64,000 nucleotides of DNA from Bradymonadia bacterium (lineage in GTDB: Bacteria > Myxococcota_A > Bradymonadia > UBA7976 > UBA1532): assembly GCA_046290225.1 (NCBI GenBank), contig JBKAGE010000053.1:1-64000 (forward strand). Reading direction: 5' to 3'. Every line of letters starts with the position of its first letter. Position 1 is the first letter of the stretch. The position numbers were made by a program, and so were the translations under genes. Positions 40,785 to 49,863 of this stretch are shown here, one piece after another. The notes beneath the pieces are model-generated. The model was not told where the DNA came from. It worked only from the letters and a program-made list of their open reading frames with translations, and did no database searches.

Positions 40785-42374
40785 CTACGCCCACAAAACC
40801 TCGACCCGTCGTGCCGAGGTCGTCTCGTGTACTTCGAATCGAGTCTGCGGAACATCCGCCAGCGCTGCCTGCCGTTGGTCGAAAATCACCATCCAGCCAG
40901 AGTCGAGTGACAGTGCCTGCAGATAGCGTTCGATCTGCGTCAGCGCATCTGGCAGCGGGTTGCCCCGGGAGGCCCAACGTTTGATCTCGATGACCTCTTG
41001 TTGCACATGGTGGGCGTCACCATGGATGGGCCAGCGGACATAGACATCCACCGAGCCTCGACCGAGGCCGTATTCTCGATCGATGAACCCCCCGCCGTTC
41101 ACCACTCTCTGCAAAAATGCCATCAAGATGATGTGAGGTGTCGCTTCGGGGTAGGTCACCCCGCGCTGAGTCAGGCCACGGCCGTGTTGGCGCCAAAAAT
41201 CAGCGAAAGCGTCCATCGCTCCGCGCATGTCGAAGCGCCCGTCGGGTAATATGAAGCGTGCCGGCTCCACCGCGATTTGGGGCTCGTAGTTCGCGGTGAG
41301 CCCACGGATGATCACTTCACGATAGATCGGGTTCGCCGGGCGTGCTGGATAGTCTCGGGCGATGAGACCCAGATCCCGCACATAGCTGAAGTCATCGTTG
41401 TAGGTGAAGTCCTGAGTCGCTGTTTGGGCTGATGGTTCCGTGATCAGGGGCGCCAGTACACGCTGGACCGCTGGCTCGTGCAGCCTAGCCACCAGAGAGT
41501 CCAGATGTGTGGCCCGGGCTAGGATCAAACGCTCTTTGGCCCGCTCAATGTCTGCTGCCGTGATCGTCCCTGTGACGCCCATCGCGTAGAGCACCTCGGC
41601 GGCGAGGCTGTTCACCAACCACGGTTGGCCTTGAGTCAGCTCGAAGGCTCGGGCTCTGGCTGCCTCGTCGAATCTCTGACCTGTCTCTTCTGTGTGTTGA
41701 GTGTAAAGGGTGTCGACTTCATCAGCGGTGAAGTTGTCCAACACCAAGGAGGTCACTTTGATGTTGAAAGGACTCGAGGTGCCAAACCGAGAGGTGTCTG
41801 CACCACTCGCGGCTCTATAGTCGCGTACGTCTCGCAGACCACACAAAGCCACCGACCATGGAGCGTGATCTGGTCGGTTGTCGTAGCCCATGCGCAACTG
41901 CCGCAGAACCGAGACGAGGCTTTGACCTCTCAGGGCGTCGATCTCATCGAAGAACAAGGCGAGCGGCTTTGGGCATGCGGCGGCCCAGCGCCTGAGGAAA
42001 GTGAGCAACAAGCTCCCGTCAGGCAGGTTGCCTGCCTCTGTGTCTGGAGGGTGAAGCCTCAAAGGCAGCTGGCTCTCCGCTTCCAGCCTGATGCTTTGGA
42101 TGATGATCTTCTGTGCTTCGGCGTAGTCGTCTGCAGCGGCCTCTCCTGCTTCGCACGAGAAGTAGAGCGCGGCGAACCGCCCCTCCGAGTTGAGCTGTCG
42201 GGCCACATGTTTGAGGGTGGTGGTCTTCCCAGTCTGTCGTGGCGCATGCACGACGAAGTATTTACCGCGCCGGACCAGATCAGGCACCTCTGCCAGTCGG
42301 CTCAGAGCTGGCACCATGTAGTGGTCGCGCCCATTACATGGGCCGGTGGTGTTGAACTCTTTGGGCAGATCCAT
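40785..42374 (-). CDS. AAA-like ATPase with C-terminal PD-(D/E)XK nuclease-like domain
   Basis: FNTTGPC start, APRQTGKTT Walker A, FFDEID Walker B, REYGLGRGSVD...VIEIK. Confidence 0.8.
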   Translation of the reverse strand: MDLPKEFNTTGPCNGRDHYMVPALSRLAEVPDLVRRGKYFVVHAPRQTGKTTTLKHVARQLNSEGRFAALYFSCEAGEAAADDYAEAQKIIIQSIRLEAESQLPLRLHPPDTEAGNLPDGSLLLTFLRRWAAACPKPLALFFDEIDALRGQSLVSVLRQLRMGYDNRPDHAPWSVALCGLRDVRDYRAASGADTSRFGTSSPFNIKVTSLVLDNFTADEVDTLYTQHTEETGQRFDEAARARAFELTQGQPWLVNSLAAEVLYAMGVTGTITAADIERAKERLILARATHLDSLVARLHEPAVQRVLAPLITEPSAQTATQDFTYNDDFSYVRDLGLIARDYPARPANPIYREVIIRGLTANYEPQIAVEPARFILPDGRFDMRGAMDAFADFWRQHGRGLTQRGVTYPEATPHIILMAFLQRVVNGGGFIDREYGLGRGSVDVYVRWPIHGDAHHVQQEVIEIKRWASRGNPLPDALTQIERYLQALSLDSGWMVIFDQRQAALADVPQTRFEVHETTSARRVEVLWA

Positions 42375-42483
42375 GAAGTGGAGTCTACTGGTGCGCGCCT
42401 CGGAGCGTCCAGGCGACTGCGTGTCATTGAACTTTTTCGCCCCTCGTGCGTGAGTACCCGAGCCACCCACTCGGAGTACCTGA

Positions 42484-43374
42484 ATGAAGCACCTGCTCGC
42501 GATCTGCGCCCTCGCCCTCGCTGCCACCACAGGCACCGCCATCGCGTGTTTGCACCCCGGCAACCCCTCGGTCCAGCTCGTCGAGACCGGTCAGAAAGCC
42601 CTCATCATGTATGCCGATGGTCGCGAGGAGCTGATCATCAAGGTCGACTACGCCGGCTATGCTGCGCCTGGGCCCCTTGCTTGGGTCGTGCCTACACCTT
42701 CGGTGCCTGATCATTACGCCGAGACCGATCCGGCGCTCTTCGACGAGCTGCATCGACTCACCCAGCCTCCACAGCCGCGGAGCAAGGGGCTGCGCTCGAA
42801 GTCGAAGTCGGCAGCGCCTGCGATGTTGATCATGCATCAGCCCGTGAATGTAGGGACGTACACCATTCAACCCATCGGCGCCTCGGGGCCGGAGGCTGGC
42901 CCTGCCTTGAACACGTGGCTCAAGTCCAACGGCTTTGGCGAGGTACCCGAGGCCAACATGAAGTGGTACCTCGATAAAGGGTGGACCTTCCTGGCCATCA
43001 AGACCGAAGCCAACGAGCCCAAGGGTGGCCTCAAGCCTCTGCGCATCTCGTTTGCTGCCGATCGGCTGTGGTACCCGCTGAAGTTCAGCAGCCACCAGGG
43101 GGACTTCCCCGTCACCGTGTATACCCTCACCAAGGAGCGGTTGAAGCCTGAGGCAATTGCGGGATTGCCCGGTGGGTTCAAGGCTGTGGGGCAGGCCCGA
43201 ATCGTCGGTGGGGTAGGGACCTCTGCCCTGAAATTGCTCATGGCCGAGATCGCCAAAGAGGGGCGCCTCATGATTGGGCGAGGCCACCTGCGTCGGCTGC
43301 AGTCCAGGCGGGTCAACACTCAGGCAGACCCCGTCGCCAAGTGGCCTGAGGACTTCTCCATCGCAGCGCCCTGA
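42484..43374 (+). CDS. Secreted DUF2330-like protein
   Basis: Signal peptide AIA-C; QKALI, AWVVPTPSVP, LFDEL, VGTY, LNTWLKSNGF, YLDKGWTFLAIK, PLRISF. Confidence 0.7.
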   Translation: MKHLLAICALALAATTGTAIACLHPGNPSVQLVETGQKALIMYADGREELIIKVDYAGYAAPGPLAWVVPTPSVPDHYAETDPALFDELHRLTQPPQPRSKGLRSKSKSAAPAMLIMHQPVNVGTYTIQPIGASGPEAGPALNTWLKSNGFGEVPEANMKWYLDKGWTFLAIKTEANEPKGGLKPLRISFAADRLWYPLKFSSHQGDFPVTVYTLTKERLKPEAIAGLPGGFKAVGQARIVGGVGTSALKLLMAEIAKEGRLMIGRGHLRRLQSRRVNTQADPVAKWPEDFSIAAP

Positions 43375-44031
43375 TCAGAAGCCGTCGCCGAAGCCGGGTG
43401 AACCACCGAAGCCTGGCATGCCTCCCATGCCATCGGGGCCAGGTACGCTGAAGCAGTCCTGAGGATCGTCGATGCAGGCAGCGTTGGGCAAACACGCTGT
43501 ACGGCTCTCGTCTCCCTCGTCGGTGGCGCATTCGAGCAGGCTCACCGAGATCCCACCCACAGAGGGCGGGTTGCACTGACTGTCCATCGTGCAGGGGATC
43601 GTGCAGTCGCGGGCGCCCCTCCATTGGGCACAGATCGCCGTGGGGTCGAGGACCTGACACTCGGCATCGGTTTGACAGGGCAGGCGGGGCTCTTCTTCGG
43701 GCGCAGGTGGGTTCTCCTCGCTGGGCGCCTCTGCAGGGGGCTGGCAGATGTCGACCGAGACGGTGCCTACCCCTTCACAGCCGGCGCTGCCGCTGCACTC
43801 ATTGCCTTCTACACTGCAGTCGAGATGACAGGTCGTGCGATCACCAAGGCGTACACAGACCGCCCCGTCTTCACAGTCCGCCGTTGTGGTGCAGGCCTGC
43901 GCTGTGTCGCCTGAGTATTCGCCGCTGGCTGCGCCGCCACCTGTATCGCCAGAGTCACCATCACCGTCATCGCACCCTATGAGGGTGATCATCAGGGCAG
44001 ACATCGCCAGAGCTGTCAGTCGAGCATGCAT
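43375..44031 (-). CDS. Cys-rich lipoprotein
   Basis: LIGC lipobox; CxTxxDC/CxTDxEC modules; GGAGGA RBS. Confidence 0.75.
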   Translation of the reverse strand: MHARLTALAMSALMITLIGCDDGDGDSGDTGGGAASGEYSGDTAQACTTTADCEDGAVCVRLGDRTTCHLDCSVEGNECSGSAGCEGVGTVSVDICQPPAEAPSEENPPAPEEEPRLPCQTDAECQVLDPTAICAQWRGARDCTIPCTMDSQCNPPSVGGISVSLLECATDEGDESRTACLPNAACIDDPQDCFSVPGPDGMGGMPGFGGSPGFGDGF

Positions 44032-44139
44032 CGTACTTCCTCCGTGTGTGGTAAAGCGTCGAAGACACTGTACGGATCACGTGCGAGGCATCACAGCGAT
44101 CGTCGCTGAACTCGTCTGAACAGAAGTTTGAGTGTGTTT

Positions 44140-46863
44140 TCAGGTGTTTGCTGCCCGACGCCATCCCCATGCGCCTGCCAGCGTGTAGCCCTCGGCTGTG
44201 GTCAGGAGCCATTGGGGACCCGTGTCGCCCAGGGCGTGTCGCAGCTTCTTGATGTTGGCGTGTAGCCGGTTGTCGTGACGCAGAGGGTGATAGTCGGCCT
44301 CGCCCCACACTTGGGTGCAGAGGGCTTCTTTGTCGAGGGCGCCGCCTGCCCGGGCAAGAGAGACCATGATGCGCCAGAGCAGAGGGCTCAGCGCGATCTC
44401 GGCCCCGTGGGGGCGCCAGATACATTGACGGGCTTCGTCCACACCCCATCCTGGGGTCCAGGGAGTGGCGGCGTGGGATTGCCCAGGGCGGGTGGATGAT
44501 CGCGAAAGGCGTTGGCAGATCTGTAGATCGAGCTGATCCAGAGGCGGATCGCCACCGAGCAGCCATTGTGCGCGTCGGGCTGCCGTCGGTGAGACATGGG
44601 GACTGGCGGCGAGCTCTTCCAGTGGACCGAGAGGTCGTGGGGTGGTGTGCGCCATCCACGCCATGAGGCGAGCGCGGTGTGCATATCGAAGGCTGCCCAT
44701 CTCTTGTGCCAGCACATCGAGGGCTTCGCTCTGTGTCTGAACCTGGGCAATGTCACCGGTGAGCAAAGACAGATCACCGAGCGTGCAGCGCAGCTCGGCC
44801 AGCGCCCGCCGATCACCCTGAGCCTCGGCGAGTTCGATGCCCTCTGTTTGCGCGCGGATGCCCTCAGAGAGTTGATCGTTGAGAGCTGCGCGCTCTCCTC
44901 GGAGCACATACGCCAGCAACTGCCCGTGCGGATGCGAGCCCGGGTCGGTGGTGGCCCACAGATCACCATGGCGCAGCGCCCGCCGCGCTCTCAAAATACG
45001 CAAGGGGCCACGAAACGCCGGGGACACGTCGAGCAAGGGCGCATTGGGCGGTCGCCCCTCGACGCGCCCCACCTCCTCTATGGCGGCGCCGACTGCATGG
45101 GCAAAGACATCTGTGCTGTTGATCAGGGTGTCTGCCTGCAGAGTGGTCAGTGTGCTCCAGAGGCCATCGAAGTCTCCTGCCAGAATCGCGTGCTCCACTG
45201 TGAGCAGCTGCACGCTTACGCTGAGCAGCCCACCACAGTGGGTCATCAGACGGAGCGACTCCAACCGCTCACCGCACGCTGTCAGATCGCCCTGAGTCAG
45301 GCTGTGGCCGGCGTCGATGAGCAAAGCTGATGTACGTTGAGGAGAAGGCCTCATTTGAGCGATCAGGGGTCGGGCGAGGGCCATCACCTCTCTGGCGGGC
45401 TCGAGGGCGCCCAGCGTGATCAACGCCCGGGCGAGATCGAGCAGTGGCGTGGGCACCAGCGTGTCAGGGGTGGCAGAGAAGCGCCTTTGTTGCGCCATGG
45501 CCTCACGCAGCGCGTCGTCACGTCGATCCAGGTGAGAGAGGGCAACCACCCGGATGACCGCACCGCGGTAGCCTGCCGAGGCCTGATGCGCAGGAGGCGT
45601 CAGGTGGAGGAGTGCGTCGTCGTAATGCCCCAGGTTCATCAAACACAGGGCTGTGGCCAGCGCCGTGGAGGGCCCCAACCCATCGAGGGCTTCAAGGGCC
45701 CGAGCGGGATCACCGGCGAGCATCACGCCCCGTGCCCAGACCGATCTCAGCTCTGCATCTTCAGGGGGATCTGCAGGCAAGGTGGCGAGGGCTGCCCGTG
45801 AGCCCATGGCGACGGCAGCCCGCATGCGCCACGGCCGTAACGCGGGGGATTCTACCGGGGCCAGCAACGGCCAGAGGCGTCCGCAGTGATCCAGGAGTGT
45901 CTGGCCATGAGCGGTCAATAGCCGACATGCAGCGGCTTCGTCACCGAGCTGAAGCCACAGCCGCAGCGATTCGATGAGGCACTCTGGTGCTGTGCGCTGT
46001 GCCAGAGCAGTGGCGGTCTCACGGCGTCTCGCCAGGGACTCGGGTGTGCCCTGGAGCCCCTCGCGGACTGCCGGGTGAGCGTGCAGCAGGTCACCGTCGA
46101 ACAGCACGAGGCCCCGGCGTCGGAGCATGCTCAGATCTTCAGCGTTGATCAGGTCGTCTTCCGTGGGGATGCCGCGGAGGAGCGCGAGGCGATATAGGGC
46201 GTCTTGAGCGGAGGGCGAGAGGCCTTCGAGCCAGAGACGCTGCGGATCACGGGCGCCAGATAGCAGCTGAATGAAGTGCAGTGGGGAGCCCCCTCCGTGG
46301 GTGTGCGCCTGTGCCCTGAGATCATCAGAGGCGCTCCATGCGTCGGCGATGACGTCGAGTGTCTCTCTGGGCAGCGTTGAGAGCGGGATGTGAGGAATAC
46401 TGGCCAGGCCTTGATGCCGCCAGCTCAGCACCAGCCAGTGGCTGTGCCGGCCATATTGGCTGACAAGGTCGACGAGCGCCCCAGCATCGGGACTGCCAGC
46501 GGCATCGATGACCACCCACCAGCGGTGGACCTCGGCGAGGGCCACGGCCTCACTGAGCGGATCTTCCACGGCCTGCTCGGGGCCGTGGTTGAGGCCCGCG
46601 GCGCGACTGAGGGCGTGGAGCAGCCACTGAGCGAGGGGGGCATGCGCTTCAGGGCTGCTCACCACGAGGGTCTGCTCGACCTTGCGCTTGAAGTGACGAT
46701 GCAGAGTCATTTGGGCCAGGGTGCGTCGGCCGATGCCTGGTGGACCCCAAATCTGCACCACCGGCCCTTGGCGAAGGGCTGCTCTCAGCGCCTCGATCTC
46801 TGCTGTACGACCCGCTGCATGAGGGGGCGGGTTGGGCAGGCGGAATTTGAGAGGCAGGGGCAT
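44140..46863 (-). CDS. Large regulator: degenerate P-loop (STAND-like), helical repeats, C-terminal winged HTH
   Basis: GRTAEI, GPPGIGRRT, VVIDA; KEALCTQVWG...RLHANIKKLR...TTAEGY. Confidence 0.7.
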   Translation of the reverse strand: MPLPLKFRLPNPPPHAAGRTAEIEALRAALRQGPVVQIWGPPGIGRRTLAQMTLHRHFKRKVEQTLVVSSPEAHAPLAQWLLHALSRAAGLNHGPEQAVEDPLSEAVALAEVHRWWVVIDAAGSPDAGALVDLVSQYGRHSHWLVLSWRHQGLASIPHIPLSTLPRETLDVIADAWSASDDLRAQAHTHGGGSPLHFIQLLSGARDPQRLWLEGLSPSAQDALYRLALLRGIPTEDDLINAEDLSMLRRRGLVLFDGDLLHAHPAVREGLQGTPESLARRRETATALAQRTAPECLIESLRLWLQLGDEAAACRLLTAHGQTLLDHCGRLWPLLAPVESPALRPWRMRAAVAMGSRAALATLPADPPEDAELRSVWARGVMLAGDPARALEALDGLGPSTALATALCLMNLGHYDDALLHLTPPAHQASAGYRGAVIRVVALSHLDRRDDALREAMAQQRRFSATPDTLVPTPLLDLARALITLGALEPAREVMALARPLIAQMRPSPQRTSALLIDAGHSLTQGDLTACGERLESLRLMTHCGGLLSVSVQLLTVEHAILAGDFDGLWSTLTTLQADTLINSTDVFAHAVGAAIEEVGRVEGRPPNAPLLDVSPAFRGPLRILRARRALRHGDLWATTDPGSHPHGQLLAYVLRGERAALNDQLSEGIRAQTEGIELAEAQGDRRALAELRCTLGDLSLLTGDIAQVQTQSEALDVLAQEMGSLRYAHRARLMAWMAHTTPRPLGPLEELAASPHVSPTAARRAQWLLGGDPPLDQLDLQICQRLSRSSTRPGQSHAATPWTPGWGVDEARQCIWRPHGAEIALSPLLWRIMVSLARAGGALDKEALCTQVWGEADYHPLRHDNRLHANIKKLRHALGDTGPQWLLTTAEGYTLAGAWGWRRAANT

Positions 46864-46882
46864 ATCCTCAGATAAACACAGA

Positions 46883-48067
46883 TCACCAGCGGGCGCAGAT
46901 CTTCTCTGCGCCGCAGATCGAACGTTGCTCGCACTCGCTGTTCGCAGGGCAGACGGTCACAGTGGCGGTGTCGTCCGGGCACACCGGCTCGGCGTCGCAG
47001 ACCACCTCTGCCACACTGCACAACAACTGCTCGCCACAGATGTCCAGCAGAACACAGGGCCGGTCATCGAGGCAGACCTCCACCTCTTCCCAGCCGTCCA
47101 AGCAGCGAGGGGGCACGTCGCAGTTGGGGATCTGCGTGCACGCCGTCTGACCGCCGCAGGGGCCCATGGCCCGTACACAGGGCACGCCGATGGGGCACAA
47201 GCCATTCTCTGAAGGTACGAAGCCCTCGGGGCAGAGCTCTTCGGGGGTCTCCTCGCGGTCACAGTCGAGTGATGCGAGGCAACTGATCTGCTCGCCACAC
47301 CCCTCGACGCTGAAGCCGACAACGTTGGGATCGAACTCTGCACCGGCCTCCGCCTGCTCGAAGCCTTCAGGGCAGGCCAGCGGGCAGAAGTCCTGGCGCT
47401 CACAGGTGATGGGTCGGTCGCATGCCCTGACGGTGGCGCAGGTGCGGTTGGGGCTGCAAGACTCGACCTCTCGCCAGTCTCGAGGACAGCCCAGAGGTTG
47501 GGGGTCCATTGAGCAGCCTTCGGGATCGACACAGATGACGGGCGCACCAGTGCAGGTGTTGACGCCCTCGGAGCACTCACCTGCGATGGGACAAAAGGGT
47601 GCAGCCTCGGTGCCTTCAGGGCACTGAGGACCACACTGGTTTTCCGGGGGCTCTGCATCAGCAACCTCGGCGTCTATCCCACCTTCGTTGCCCAGCCCGC
47701 CATCCTCCTCGGGTTGGGGCATGGCCACGACCTCGGCGTCAGGATCCTCCGGCGGGGGGGCGGCGAGGCCAGCGTCGGGGTTCGGGCGCTCATTGCCTGG
47801 GAAGGTGGGGGCGCAGATCAGCTGCTCACCACACGCATCTGTCTCCACTACACAGTCAGCGTCTACAGGGCAGGCATCCACCTGGTCGAAGCCCGAGGGG
47901 CAGGCGAGGAAGGCACCAGGACGACAGGGCATTTCTGATTCGCCACCTCCGCCAGAGGCCGTGGTGTTGCCCTCGTCGAGGCGAGAGTCCTGAATGCAAC
48001 CAGAGAGCCCGGTGGCGGAGAGGCCGCACAACAGAGCGAGAGAGAGGGTGAGGTTGAGCGCGCGCAT
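46883..48067 (-). CDS. Cys-rich repeat lipoprotein
   Basis: LSGC lipobox; seven CPxG...C...C...CGxxxxC units. Confidence 0.8.
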   Translation of the reverse strand: MRALNLTLSLALLCGLSATGLSGCIQDSRLDEGNTTASGGGGESEMPCRPGAFLACPSGFDQVDACPVDADCVVETDACGEQLICAPTFPGNERPNPDAGLAAPPPEDPDAEVVAMPQPEEDGGLGNEGGIDAEVADAEPPENQCGPQCPEGTEAAPFCPIAGECSEGVNTCTGAPVICVDPEGCSMDPQPLGCPRDWREVESCSPNRTCATVRACDRPITCERQDFCPLACPEGFEQAEAGAEFDPNVVGFSVEGCGEQISCLASLDCDREETPEELCPEGFVPSENGLCPIGVPCVRAMGPCGGQTACTQIPNCDVPPRCLDGWEEVEVCLDDRPCVLLDICGEQLLCSVAEVVCDAEPVCPDDTATVTVCPANSECEQRSICGAEKICARW

Positions 48068-48218
48068 GGATGGTCCTTCACGGGTCGATGCGCTCTGCCC
48101 TTTTCACACAGCGTACCAACATGAGGTTGCTCGTGATTTCAGCAGGTTGGCGCTGCACACTCCCGACAGGCCTCAGAAAAACGTGGCCTCGGGCACAAAT
48201 GACTGATGACCTGAGCAC

Positions 48219-49733
48219 ATGCGATCCGACGAATACACTGCCCACGACGCCCTCTCCCTCGCCGAGATCATTCGGCAGGGGCAGATCTCGCCCCGAGAAG
48301 CCCTCGACGCCTGCATCGATCAGATCGAGCGGTGGAACCCGAAGCTCAACGCTGTCGTCGACGATCTGCGAGCCCTCGGCGCCGAGATGGCCGGCGCTCT
48401 CTCCGAGAAGAGCGCGCCTTTCTATGGCGTGCCACTTCTGCTCAAAGATCTCATGGCCTGCATCCATGGGCAGGTCACCACGAGCTCATGTGGATTGCTC
48501 ACTGGTCACAGAGCCAGCAATGACACTGAACTCGTGGCGCGATATCGCCGCGGCGGCTTTGTGTTCGCAGGTCGAACCAACACCCCGGAGTTTGGGATCC
48601 TGGGCATCACCGAGCCCCGCCTGAGAGGTCCAGCCCGAAACCCGTGGCATCTCGACCGCAGCACCGGTGGCTCGAGCGGTGGATCAGGCGCCGCCGTCGC
48701 TGCAGGCCTTGTGCCCCTGGCCCATGGTGGAGACGGCGGTGGCTCGATCCGGATCCCCGCCTCTGCCTGCGGGCTCTTCGGCCTCAAGCCTTCCCGAGGC
48801 CGAAACCCCCTGGGCCCCGACATCGGGGAGTCGTGGGGCGGCATCGTGCAGGAGCACGTGCTCACACGCACCGTGCGCGACGCCGCGGCGGCCCTCGATC
48901 TCACCGCAGGGGTTGCCCCAGGTGATCCATATGCCGCCCCTGCGCCAGAGCGGCCGTTCTTGAAAGAGGTTGGCGCTGATCCCGGCGTGTTGCGGGTGGC
49001 GTGGTCCACAGCGTCGCTCTTTGGACGGGAGACACATCCAGAATGTGCTCGGGCGGTGGAGCAAGCGGCCACGCTGCTCACAGAGCTGGGTCACGAGGTG
49101 GAGCAGGTCGACTTGCCTGTGGAGGCGGCGCCCTGGAGCCGCGCCTGGCTCACTCTGGTGGCGGCCTCTGTGGCCTTGGACGTGCAGCGAGCCGCGGCGC
49201 TGGCCGGCAAGAAGCCGCGGCCTGGGGACTTCGAAGCCCCCACATGGTTCATGGGGCAGCTCGGGCGCAAGCTGTCGGCGATGGATCTGGAGCACGCTCG
49301 GGGAGAGATGCATCGAGCGGCCCGCGTCATGGGCAGCTTCTTCGAGCGCTACGATGTCTTCGTGAACCCCACCATGGCGCACTTGCCCGTGACCATCGGC
49401 CACTTCGACCTCAAGTGGTTCGAGCGTGCAGGGCTGGCCTTGATCCGGGCGCTGCCTGCCCGGGCACTCATGGAGGCGGTGTTGAGCAACCTCGCCAGCG
49501 AAGGCCTCGAGATCACGCCCAACACGCAGATCTTCAACCTCACGGGTCAGCCGGCGATGTCGGTGCCGCTGCACGTGACCCCTGAGGGCTTGCCGGTGGG
49601 TGTGCAATGTGCTGCGCGGTATGGCGACGAGGCCACGCTCTTCCGGCTCGCTGGCCAGCTCGAGCAGGCGGCGCCATGGGTCGGGCGCTATTTCGAGCTG
49701 TGGCAGCGGAGCTCTGAAGAGGCCCCTGGCTGA
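48219..49733 (+). CDS. Amidase-signature family amidase
   Basis: GVPLLLKDL, GRTNTPEFG, GGSSGGSGAAVA, DGGGSIRIPAS. Confidence 0.93.
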   Translation: MRSDEYTAHDALSLAEIIRQGQISPREALDACIDQIERWNPKLNAVVDDLRALGAEMAGALSEKSAPFYGVPLLLKDLMACIHGQVTTSSCGLLTGHRASNDTELVARYRRGGFVFAGRTNTPEFGILGITEPRLRGPARNPWHLDRSTGGSSGGSGAAVAAGLVPLAHGGDGGGSIRIPASACGLFGLKPSRGRNPLGPDIGESWGGIVQEHVLTRTVRDAAAALDLTAGVAPGDPYAAPAPERPFLKEVGADPGVLRVAWSTASLFGRETHPECARAVEQAATLLTELGHEVEQVDLPVEAAPWSRAWLTLVAASVALDVQRAAALAGKKPRPGDFEAPTWFMGQLGRKLSAMDLEHARGEMHRAARVMGSFFERYDVFVNPTMAHLPVTIGHFDLKWFERAGLALIRALPARALMEAVLSNLASEGLEITPNTQIFNLTGQPAMSVPLHVTPEGLPVGVQCAARYGDEATLFRLAGQLEQAAPWVGRYFELWQRSSEEAPG

Positions 49734-49806
49734 GCCATCAGCCATCCCATGGGTCATCACACCCCAGCGATGACTGCTTTACCTGACTTTTTCATGGGTC
49801 TTTACA

Positions 49807-49822
49807 TGGCACTTTTCGTGCT
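49807..49822 (+). promoter_or_regulatory. sigma54 -24/-12 promoter
   Basis: TGGCACTTTTCGTGCT (GG-N10-GC), 42 nt before the ATG at 49864. Confidence 0.65.
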
Positions 49823-49863
49823 ATGAACACACCCCAGTCTCGATCTCCAGTCAGGAGCCTCTC

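Noticed and set aside
38325..42374. Prophage or tailocin remnant suggested by the tail-collar domain
   Set aside because: The protein has a Sec signal peptide, and no other phage, integrase or att features are nearby
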